64,000 bases of DNA, taken from Chloroherpetonaceae bacterium (GTDB lineage Bacteria > Bacteroidota > Chlorobiia > Chlorobiales > Thermochlorobacteraceae). The notes beneath the pieces are model-generated. The model was not told where the DNA came from. It was given only the letters and a program-made list of their open reading frames with translations, and searched no databases. The stretch is taken from positions 22,063-86,062 of the forward strand of contig JBKBRB010000002.1 of assembly GCA_046292465.1 (NCBI GenBank), written 5' to 3'. The position numbers and the translations under genes are program-made. This document shows positions 18,408 to 26,923 of the stretch, one piece after another (position 1 is the first letter of the stretch; each line of letters opens with the position of its first letter).

Positions 18408-19535
18408 TCAACGCGATGCAAAGTCTTTGACAATCTCATCGGTCAAAGTTTTCCCCCACAATCGCTCTAAAATGTTTTCAGCCTGCCTGCGACACTGCTT
18501 GGCTCGATGCACATCGCCTAATTGCTCATATGCCTCGACAAGTTTTAGAATGGCAGGCACATAAAACGGGTCGATTTGCAAACACTCCTCCAGTTCCTTG
18601 ATTGCTTCTTTTGGCTTCTGCACGCTAAGCAACGTTGCCGCTGCCTTCATGTGAAACTCGATTTGCGATATTTCTTCTTCAAGCCTTTCGGGAAGAAGCG
18701 TTTGCGCATGCGTTGTAACAAACGAACATGTCGCATTGCTAATGACCGATTCGGTTACGCTTCCCATCACAAACCGACTAATTCCCGTTCTGCGTGTTGT
18801 TCCCATCACCAACAAATCATAGTCCGCAAGAGCCTCGAGAATTTTTGCTTTGGCTTCACCTTGCAGTAACTCATACGAAAGGGTCTTTGAATCAAAGACT
18901 TGTAGGAATGTCGCAAACTGTTGCTCGGCATACGCATACCCTTCACGATTGACTTCTTCGAGATTGACTTTTACAAGCGTCGGCACATGCGTAATCGGTT
19001 CATAGACCAGCAACGTATGAACCTGTGCATCGTAGAGGCGCGCAATATCCAAGGCAACCTTCAACGCTTCTTTTGAGGCAGGCGAACAATCTACGGGACA
19101 AAGAATTTTTTTTATCGCTTTTTTAGAACCTTTGAGCACCGTCCAAACCGGAATCGGCGACCGCCGAATGACCTTTTTTACAAGTGAACTTACAAGATGT
19201 TTTGTTTCCGCATGCTTTTCAAATAGCACGATAACATCTGCATCGGTGCTCTTGGCGATTTGGATTAGCGATTGGACAATATCGCCGCGTTGTAGATGAA
19301 CCGAAACTTTTTCAATGCCGCGCTTTGAGAGTTTCGCACGATGTTTTTCGAGCAATTCTGTTGCTTGCTCTGTGATGGCTGTGTCGAGGTCATGTTGAAG
19401 GTCTTTATTTGGCAAGATATACGCCAGCGAGAGAGAGGCTTGTGTGCGTTGCGCCAGTTCTGCGGCAACCTCGAGATGCTCTGTTTCGCCGCTGTTGAGG
19501 TCGAGCGCGACGAGAATGTTTTCGAATCTGTTCAT
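18408..19535 (-). CDS. Tandem USP protein with C-terminal TPR
   Basis: NILVALD, KILCPVDCS, VMGSVTESVI; TPR EAIKELEECLQIDPFYVPAILKLVEAYEQLG. Confidence 0.8.
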   Translation of the reverse strand: MNRFENILVALDLNSGETEHLEVAAELAQRTQASLSLAYILPNKDLQHDLDTAITEQATELLEKHRAKLSKRGIEKVSVHLQRGDIVQSLIQIAKSTDADVIVLFEKHAETKHLVSSLVKKVIRRSPIPVWTVLKGSKKAIKKILCPVDCSPASKEALKVALDIARLYDAQVHTLLVYEPITHVPTLVKVNLEEVNREGYAYAEQQFATFLQVFDSKTLSYELLQGEAKAKILEALADYDLLVMGTTRRTGISRFVMGSVTESVISNATCSFVTTHAQTLLPERLEEEISQIEFHMKAAATLLSVQKPKEAIKELEECLQIDPFYVPAILKLVEAYEQLGDVHRAKQCRRQAENILERLWGKTLTDEIVKDFASR

Positions 19536-22256
19536 TTAATGTGCTTGTTTTATATGTCTGCCATATTGCCAATACTTTTTCAAGCCGATGATGATGTAAA
19601 TGGCAAGTCCGGGCAAAAGTGAAAGTCCCCAGTCGGTCAGTGAAAGCGGCGCGCTTTGAAATGCCACGTTGAACGCAGGCAAGTAAGTGTAAAGCACTTG
19701 AAACACAATCATCAAAAATACGCCGAGCCAGAGAATCGGGTTGCTGAAAACTCCCAATCGGAACATTGAGTAGCGCATTGAGCGGCAGTTGAAGAGATAC
19801 ATCATTTCGCCGAAGACGAACACATTGACCGCCAATGTTCGCGCCTCTTCATTTGAACGCCCTTCTCCTAAGCACCATTCGAAAACCCAAAGCGCGCCAA
19901 TGCACAAAATTACTCCGACGATGAAGAGACGAACCACAAGTTCAGTTGTCAGTATCGGCTCATTTGCGGCGCGTGGCGGTCGGTTCATAATGTCAGGCTC
20001 TTTAGGCTCGAAGGCAAGCATTAAGCCAAGCAGAATTGCCGTCGTCATGTTTATCCATAAAACTTGAACGGGAAGAATCGGAAGCGTTAAGCCTGCAAAC
20101 ACAGAGACCATGATGATTAAACCTTCGCCGAAGTTTGTTGGCAAGGTCCAAGCGATAAACTTGACGAGGTTATCATAAACGCCGCGTCCTTCTTCGACGG
20201 CGGCTTCAATAGTGGCAAAGTTATCGTCTGTTAAAATCATGTCGGCAGTTTCTTTGGCGACGTCGGTGCCGGTAATGCCCATCGCAATTCCGATGTTGGC
20301 TTGTCGGAGCGAAGGCGCATCATTAACGCCGTCGCCCGTCATTGCGACAACATCGCCATTTTGTTGAACGGCTTTCACAAGGCGGAGCTTATCTTCTGGC
20401 GCAACACGCGCAAACACCGATGTGCTTTTAACGGCTTGACGAAGTTCTTCTTCTGAAAGCGTTGCAAGTGTTTTGCCATTTATCACCCCTTCGTCTTTCG
20501 GATTTTTGATAATGCCGATGCGTTCTGCAATCGCTTTTGCGGTGAGTTCGTGGTCGCCTGTAATCATTTTCACCTTAATACCTGCTTGATGACACTTTGC
20601 AATCGCTTCAATGACTTCGGGGCGTGGCGGGTCAATCATCGCTTGCAAGCCAAGAAAGACAAGTCCTTCCGACACATCGTCGTGCGTGATAGTTTGTTTT
20701 GTTGTTGGAAATAGTTTGTAAGCAAAGGCGAGGACGCGCAGTCCTTGCTTGGCTAAGGCATCGGCTTCGTGTTTAACGGTTTTGGCGTTGAAGTCGGAAA
20801 GTTCGCCGTTGTCGGTGTAGCGTTTCGCGCATCGCTCTGACACTCGCTCGACTGAGCCTTTGATATAGGCGATGTTTCCGCCAAGTTCACGGCTTTCGTG
20901 AAGGGTAGCCATGTATTGGTAATCCGACTCAAACGGAATGGCATCAATGCGTGGCATCTCGGCAAGCAGGGCTTCTCGATTCAAATTGGCTTTGAGTGCA
21001 GAGACAATTAGCGCGCCTTCGGTTGGGTCGCCTTCAATGCGCCATTGATTCTCACTTGAAACAAGATTAGCATCGTTGCACAGCAAGCCGCATTTGAGCG
21101 TCTCGACAAGGGCTTTTGAGTTGTTCGGCTCAATTGTTTGACCGTCTTGTAAAAACACACCTTTCGGCTCATAGCCAACGCCTGTTGCTTCGTAGTGTTT
21201 CTCGTTGGCATAGATGGCTTGCACGGTCATTTGATTTTGGGTGAGCGTGCCGGTTTTGTCGGAGCAAATTACAGACGCGCTTCCAAGCGTTTCAACCGCA
21301 GGAAGTTTGCGAATGATGGCGTTTCGTGCCGCCATTTTGGCAACGCCGAGCGCGAGCGTAATGGTTATTGCCGCAGGCAATCCTTCGGGAATTGCGCCGA
21401 CGGCGAGCGCGACCGCCGCCATAAACATCTCTACCCAACTTTCACCGCGCATCAATCCAACCCAAAATGTCATTGCCGCAAACGCTAAAATCACATAGAG
21501 CAATACCTTGCTGAACTGTGCGATAGATTTCGTCAGAGGCGTTTCCAACACATCGGCTTCGGCAATCATTTGATTGATTTTGCCAATTTCGGTTTGACTG
21601 CCAATCGCCACCACAACACCGACGCCTGTGCCGTAGGTTACCAGCATTGACGAATACGCCATATTGGTTCTATCTGCCAAAACGGTTTCCGACTCAATCG
21701 GCTTGGCTTGTTTCATCACGGGCACGGATTCACCTGTGAGGGCGGATTCGTCGATTTGCAGTTCGCGCACCTGAACGAGACGCAAATCGGCAGGCACTTT
21801 ATCGCCCGATTGCAAATACACAACGTCGCCAATCGTCAGTTCTGAGGCAGGAATGCGTTGTTTCTTTCCGTCGCGCAAAACGGTGGCATCGCTCGCAACG
21901 GCTTTGGCAAGTGCATCAATCGCCTTCAAGGCTTTGGATTCTTGCAAGTATCCAACAATCGCATTGATGAACACCACGCCGAAAATGACCGACGCATCAA
22001 CCCACTCGTTCAACAGTGCCGTAATGACCGAAGCAACAAGGAGAATATAGACCAATGGTTGATTGAATTGTTGGAGAAAGAGTTCGAGCGGAGTTTTGCG
22101 TTTTCGCTTTGGAATGACGTTCGCACCGTATTTGGCTTTGCGCTTTCGCGCCTCTTCCGCCGTCAATCCTGATTGAAGGTTCGCGCCTGTTTTTTCTAAC
22201 ACTTCTCTTTCTTCAAGCGCAAACCAATTTCTTTTTTCCGAAACCGCTACTTCCAT
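19536..22256 (-). CDS. P2A-type cation-transporting P-type ATPase
   Basis: DESALTGES, IPEGLP, phosphorylation site DKTGTLT, MITGD, MTGDGVNDAP. Confidence 0.93.
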   Translation of the reverse strand: MEVAVSEKRNWFALEEREVLEKTGANLQSGLTAEEARKRKAKYGANVIPKRKRKTPLELFLQQFNQPLVYILLVASVITALLNEWVDASVIFGVVFINAIVGYLQESKALKAIDALAKAVASDATVLRDGKKQRIPASELTIGDVVYLQSGDKVPADLRLVQVRELQIDESALTGESVPVMKQAKPIESETVLADRTNMAYSSMLVTYGTGVGVVVAIGSQTEIGKINQMIAEADVLETPLTKSIAQFSKVLLYVILAFAAMTFWVGLMRGESWVEMFMAAVALAVGAIPEGLPAAITITLALGVAKMAARNAIIRKLPAVETLGSASVICSDKTGTLTQNQMTVQAIYANEKHYEATGVGYEPKGVFLQDGQTIEPNNSKALVETLKCGLLCNDANLVSSENQWRIEGDPTEGALIVSALKANLNREALLAEMPRIDAIPFESDYQYMATLHESRELGGNIAYIKGSVERVSERCAKRYTDNGELSDFNAKTVKHEADALAKQGLRVLAFAYKLFPTTKQTITHDDVSEGLVFLGLQAMIDPPRPEVIEAIAKCHQAGIKVKMITGDHELTAKAIAERIGIIKNPKDEGVINGKTLATLSEEELRQAVKSTSVFARVAPEDKLRLVKAVQQNGDVVAMTGDGVNDAPSLRQANIGIAMGITGTDVAKETADMILTDDNFATIEAAVEEGRGVYDNLVKFIAWTLPTNFGEGLIIMVSVFAGLTLPILPVQVLWINMTTAILLGLMLAFEPKEPDIMNRPPRAANEPILTTELVVRLFIVGVILCIGALWVFEWCLGEGRSNEEARTLAVNVFVFGEMMYLFNCRSMRYSMFRLGVFSNPILWLGVFLMIVFQVLYTYLPAFNVAFQSAPLSLTDWGLSLLPGLAIYIIIGLKKYWQYGRHIKQAH

Positions 22257-22342
22257 ACTGCACAGTTGCTTAATGTTGAAAATTCAGGGAGTGTTTTTAG
22301 GTAGGAAAGATTTTCGTGAAAAGCAAACTTTTTTCGCTTTTA

Positions 22343-22633
22343 TCAAGAAGTGTGATAGGAAAAAAGTCCGTGCTTTGTGGCTAAAAAGTGCAAGCCGCGT
22401 AATTCGTCGGGGATTGTATCGAGTGCGATGAAGTCGTTTTTTTCGGAGTTCCATTTGAGGGCTTGCACGAGTTCATCGCGCATTAAAGCGCGTAACGATT
22501 TATCCAGAATCTGCTCATTGATGTTTGTCTCTTGCAGAAGGTCATCAAACGAGAGCATAAAATGCAAGGCTTCAAGAATATCTTCTTCGTGTTTTGAGAG
22601 CGGGCGAATTTTGTTTTTTTCTTGCTCGGTCAT
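22343..22633 (-). CDS. Hypothetical protein (winged-helix-like)
   Basis: ATG 22633: MTEQEKNKIRPLSKHEEDILEALHFMLSFDDLL..HFLATKHGL. Overlaps the 3' end of the Rpn gene by 62 bp. Confidence 0.6.
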   Translation of the reverse strand: MTEQEKNKIRPLSKHEEDILEALHFMLSFDDLLQETNINEQILDKSLRALMRDELVQALKWNSEKNDFIALDTIPDELRGLHFLATKHGLFSYHTS

Positions 22634-23486
22634 TCGTTTCGGACGATTTGCTTGTGTGCAGTTGTTGAACTTTTCGCTTGGAAAGCCCTGTTGTTTTGGC
22701 GACGAGTTCAATGGGTAAATTTTCTTCCAACATTCTTTTTGCAATCTCTTCGGTCATTTGACGCTTTCCTTCATTCAAGCCTTGCTCTAAGCCTTCCTGC
22801 AAACCTTGGCGTAAGCCTTCCTGCAAGCCCTGCTCTAAGCCTTCCTTTCGCCCTTCTTTAATGGCTTCTTCGCGCGCTTGGCGATAGTAGCGCGTCTTCA
22901 TCAAATTCGTTTCCAGTTTGAGCATTTTTTCTATCTCCTCTCGAGTTAGGTTTGAAAACTTCGACGCGAGAATCTTTTCCAAAATCTCCCAAAATTTCGA
23001 GCCTGTTTCAGACAAAATGGCTTTAACTGTTTTAAGCGTTTCTTGTTCATCGGCAATCATCACTCTAAAAATTTCGAGCTGCGGAAAGAGTGGCTCTGTT
23101 TTCGGCAGTTGGTCTAAATAAATTCGCCTCACTCTGCCGCTCTCGATGAACTCTTCGTAGTTCTTGAACGACGGCTCAATTTTTTGATTTGGGAAAATAA
23201 CCACGCCACGCCAATCGTGAACTTCATACTGATGCAGATATAAAACTGTTTCTGCAAAAAAGCGTCGATAAAATTTCTCGTCGCGCTGAAACTGCACTTC
23301 AACGAAATACATCGGGCGCGCCTCGTCTTTCGGCTGAAAGGTAGCATCAATCCGAAACGCCGCTTGTTTTAGTTCAACGGACTTAAACACATAGCCACGC
23401 GCTTCGCTTTCAGGCAAACCGATTAAGGCAAAAAACGCTTCGGGCAAATCGTTGAAGATGTGATAGAAGAGATTATCGGTCTTCAC
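22572..23486 (-). CDS. Rpn family PD-(D/E)XK recombination-promoting nuclease (DUF2887-like)
   Basis: MKTDNLFY..FKSVELKQAAFRIDATF..YFVEVQFQRD; C-terminal EG/QG tetrapeptide repeats and an IAKRML..VAKTTGLS helix-turn-helix tail. Confidence 0.85.
   Translation of the reverse strand: MKTDNLFYHIFNDLPEAFFALIGLPESEARGYVFKSVELKQAAFRIDATFQPKDEARPMYFVEVQFQRDEKFYRRFFAETVLYLHQYEVHDWRGVVIFPNQKIEPSFKNYEEFIESGRVRRIYLDQLPKTEPLFPQLEIFRVMIADEQETLKTVKAILSETGSKFWEILEKILASKFSNLTREEIEKMLKLETNLMKTRYYRQAREEAIKEGRKEGLEQGLQEGLRQGLQEGLEQGLNEGKRQMTEEIAKRMLEENLPIELVAKTTGLSKRKVQQLHTSKSSETNDRARKKQNSPALKTRRRYS
22765..22862 (-). repeat. 12-nt tandem repeats encoding EGLEQG/EGLRQG in the Rpn C-terminus
   Basis: KEGRKEGLEQGLQEGLRQGLQEGLEQGLNEGK. 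Confidence 0.8.
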
Positions 23487-23489
23487 GCC

Positions 23490-25010
23490 TTATCGGTATG
23501 TTTTTCTACGCTCCCAGTTAGTTGTTGGATAGTTCAAAACAGGTTGAGGCGTAGATTGCGGCACATGGTTCGAGGTTGAAGCTTTCTTTTGCTTCTCGGA
23601 AAGCAACGCCGCCAGTACCGATGCTACTTCTTTAACTTCGGTCGATGGTTCTTTTTTGGTTCTATTGTTGTAGAAGTTTTGAACGAAGTGCGTATCGAAC
23701 TGTCCGCTTCGGAATGCTTCGTGCTCGAGCGTGAAAATGCAGAACGGAATTGTGGTTTCAACGCCGACAATTTCATACTCGCGCAACGCTCGCAACATTT
23801 TGTTGATGGCTTTTTCGCGGTCAGTGTCGTGCGTAACGAGTTTGGCAATCATCGGGTCGAAATACATCGAAATCTCGCCACCTTGTGAAACGCCTGAATC
23901 GACGCGTACGCCCAAGCCTTGCGGCTCGACATAGTGTTGCAGTTTTCCGATTGACGGTAAAAAGTTGTTCTCTGAATCTTCGGCATAAATGCGGCATTCA
24001 ATCGCATGTCCATTGATTTTAACGTCGCTCTGCGAAAACGATAACGGTTTGCCTTCCGCAATGTGGATTTGTTCGCGAACAAGGTCGAGCCCTGTGGTCA
24101 TTTCCGTAACGGGGTGCTCGACTTGCAATCGAGTATTGACCTCGAGGAAATAAAACTTCATGTGTTTATCGACCAAGAACTCACAAGTGCCTGCATTCGT
24201 GTAGCCGACTTCTTTGGCAAGACGAATGGCACACTCGCCCATTTCGCGACGCATTTCAGGTGTAACCACTGCCGACGGTGCTTCTTCAATCACTTTTTGA
24301 TTGCGACGCTGAATTGAGCATTCACGCTCGTTGAGCCACACGCCGTTGCCGTGTTCGTCCAAGAGCATTTGAATTTCAATGTGCCTTGGATTTTCGAGAT
24401 ACTTTTCAATGAACACTCGTCCATCGCCAAATGCAGAAATGGCTTCGGCTTGCGCAAGTTGAAACATTGATTCAAATTCTTCGGCGCGCTCGACTTTCTT
24501 CATGCCTTTTCCGCCGCCGCCTGCTGAGGCTTTCACGAGCACAGGATATCCAATTTTATCGGCAAACGCTTTGGCTTCTTTGACATCGTCAATTGAATCG
24601 GGGGTGCTGGGTGCAACCGGCACGCCGGCTTTTATGGCAAGTTTCTTCGCTTCAATTTTATCGCCCAATGCATGAATCACGTGCGACTTCGGTCCGATGA
24701 AAATAATGCCGTTCTCTTCGCAACGCTTGGCGAACTCTGCATTTTCAGACACGAAGCCATATCCGGGATGCACAGCGTCCGCACCGCTTTTTTTGATTAC
24801 TTCGATGAGCAACTCCTGACGCAGGTAGCTTTCGCGCGAAGTCGTTCCGCCTAAGCAGTAGGCTTCATCGGCAAGACGATGAAAGCGCGCATCTTTATCG
24901 GATTCAGAATAGACGGCAACCGATTGAATCCCCATTTCGCGCAACGTGCGAAAAACTCGAATCGCAATCTCGCCACGATTCGCTACTAAAACTTTCTTGA
25001 TGGTTTTCAT
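23490..25010 (-). CDS. accC: Biotin carboxylase subunit of acetyl/propionyl-CoA carboxylase
   Basis: KVLVANRGEIA, HPGYGFVSEN, GGGGKGM, RECSIQRRNQK, EVNTRLQVEHPVTE. No MKM biotinyl domain. Confidence 0.9.
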   Translation of the reverse strand: MKTIKKVLVANRGEIAIRVFRTLREMGIQSVAVYSESDKDARFHRLADEAYCLGGTTSRESYLRQELLIEVIKKSGADAVHPGYGFVSENAEFAKRCEENGIIFIGPKSHVIHALGDKIEAKKLAIKAGVPVAPSTPDSIDDVKEAKAFADKIGYPVLVKASAGGGGKGMKKVERAEEFESMFQLAQAEAISAFGDGRVFIEKYLENPRHIEIQMLLDEHGNGVWLNERECSIQRRNQKVIEEAPSAVVTPEMRREMGECAIRLAKEVGYTNAGTCEFLVDKHMKFYFLEVNTRLQVEHPVTEMTTGLDLVREQIHIAEGKPLSFSQSDVKINGHAIECRIYAEDSENNFLPSIGKLQHYVEPQGLGVRVDSGVSQGGEISMYFDPMIAKLVTHDTDREKAINKMLRALREYEIVGVETTIPFCIFTLEHEAFRSGQFDTHFVQNFYNNRTKKEPSTEVKEVASVLAALLSEKQKKASTSNHVPQSTPQPVLNYPTTNWERRKTYR

Positions 25011-25345
25011 AAAATAACTGGAATGGAAAGGTTAAGGTTCGTTTGAACGCAAATGCGTTTAGACTGCCAAAGATACTGAAATTGCGCGGAGAGAACGCAT
25101 TGAAACACCTTTGTTGTTACAAACCTCTCGCGCTCTTGCTTCGGATTGGCAACTTTGTAACTTCCGACGTTTTAAGAATTTATCATTGCTTTTTTGATGA
25201 AAATTGTTTTATCTTCTTTCACCGATTTATTGTTATCACACGCAACCGCAACTACGATTAACAACGATTTGCCCGAATGATTCCAAACTTGACACACTGC
25301 TCAAAAAGGAGTTTCAACAAAACAACTTTTGAACTCTGAACACAC

Positions 25346-26770
25346 ATGCACTGCTTGCTTCGCCTGAACACCAACAAACTTTTCTTACTTTCTTTTCTCA
25401 TTTCACTTCTCGCTTATTCGTTACTCTTTGATTCATCGCTCTTTGCTTTTGCCGAGAAGAAACGCAAATCTGAATCTATCGCGCTCTCTGGCGCAACAGA
25501 AGCCGAACGCTTAAACGAATGTGCTGAAAAAATTGCACGCGAGTTGCGCTCCAAACAAAACGTGTTCGGCGTCTTGATTCAAACCTCTTCGGGTGAAGAC
25601 CTTTACGCGCTCAACTCGAATCGACTTTTCAAGCCGGCCTCAAATCTTAAACTCATTACTTCTGCTGCCGCGATTGAAAAACTCAAACCTGACTTTCGCT
25701 ACCGCACCGAATTTTACATTGATGGCGATGTTACGCCCGACGGCATTCTGCATGGAAATCTCATCGTCAGTGGCTCGCCCGACCCAATTCTTTCAGGCTT
25801 CTTCGACCAACGCATCAACGAGATTGTTCACTCTTGGATTGATTCGCTCAATGCGCGTGGAATTTACTCGATTCTCGGCGATTTAATTTTGGATAACAGC
25901 TACTACTTCGGAAATAACGTTGCGCTTGCCGACCAAGACACCTACAAGCCGCTCGAGTTTTTCACCGTTGCCAGTTTCAGAAATGCTGACGCCACACAAC
26001 TTTCAAAGGCTAAAATTCGTCGCTACCGAACGGTTAGACTCAAAAACGGCAAGACGAAAAAAGTTGCTTATCGCTATCGCAAAAGAACGCGCCTTCGCAA
26101 AGTTACCGTTGAGCCAAACGCTTACATGATGGAAGTGATGATGAAGGAACTCCAAAAACGCCAAATGATTGTAAGCGACGATGTGAAGAAAATTGCTTAC
26201 TCGACTTCGCTCGACCGAACCCGTTGGCGACACCTTTACACACATTTCTCTCCGCCGTTGTCCGAACTGCTTAAAATCATCAACAAACATTCTGATAACT
26301 TTTATGCCGACCAACTTCTGCGCACGCTTGGCGGTGAGTTTCGTGGCGAAGGCTCAATTGAAAAAGGGATTGATGTTGTTCGAGAGTTTCTCATCTATAA
26401 TGTTTATGCGCGTCCCGACGAATTTCAACTTGTTGATGGGTCAGGACTTTCGCACGCCAATCTTGTTACACCTGAACTGCTCGTCAAGGTCATGCGCTAT
26501 ATGCGCTCGCGCGGCGAAAACTTCGATGCGTATTATGAATCGCTCTCGATTCCGACTGTTGACGGCACGCTCGGCGGCAGAATCCACCACGAACTTGCCA
26601 AAAACATTCGCGCTAAAACAGGCTCAATCAGCGGCGTCATTTCGCTTTCAGGCTATCTGACAAGCCGAAGCGGACAGCAAATTTATTTCTCCATCATCGG
26701 GAACAACGTCGGCAAGCGGCGCGCCAAAGCAACGGAAGATAAAATCTGTAAGTATCTGCTCGAGATATAA
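25346..26770 (+). CDS. dacB: D-Ala-D-Ala carboxypeptidase/endopeptidase (PBP4, S13)
   Basis: SxxK PASNLKL, SxN HSDNFYA, DGSGLS, KTGS. Confidence 0.88.
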   Translation: MHCLLRLNTNKLFLLSFLISLLAYSLLFDSSLFAFAEKKRKSESIALSGATEAERLNECAEKIARELRSKQNVFGVLIQTSSGEDLYALNSNRLFKPASNLKLITSAAAIEKLKPDFRYRTEFYIDGDVTPDGILHGNLIVSGSPDPILSGFFDQRINEIVHSWIDSLNARGIYSILGDLILDNSYYFGNNVALADQDTYKPLEFFTVASFRNADATQLSKAKIRRYRTVRLKNGKTKKVAYRYRKRTRLRKVTVEPNAYMMEVMMKELQKRQMIVSDDVKKIAYSTSLDRTRWRHLYTHFSPPLSELLKIINKHSDNFYADQLLRTLGGEFRGEGSIEKGIDVVREFLIYNVYARPDEFQLVDGSGLSHANLVTPELLVKVMRYMRSRGENFDAYYESLSIPTVDGTLGGRIHHELAKNIRAKTGSISGVISLSGYLTSRSGQQIYFSIIGNNVGKRRAKATEDKICKYLLEI

Positions 26771-26923
26771 CGGCATCTCAACTGATATTTCCCCCTTCAC
26801 TTCTGTTTCGCTTAAGTCTTACATCGAAAATTTCTCGATACACTTTTTATCAATATATTCCTTCATCGTAGCCTACTCATTGGCGCATTCTAACCCGCAA
26901 AAGAACTTTATTCATCATCAACT

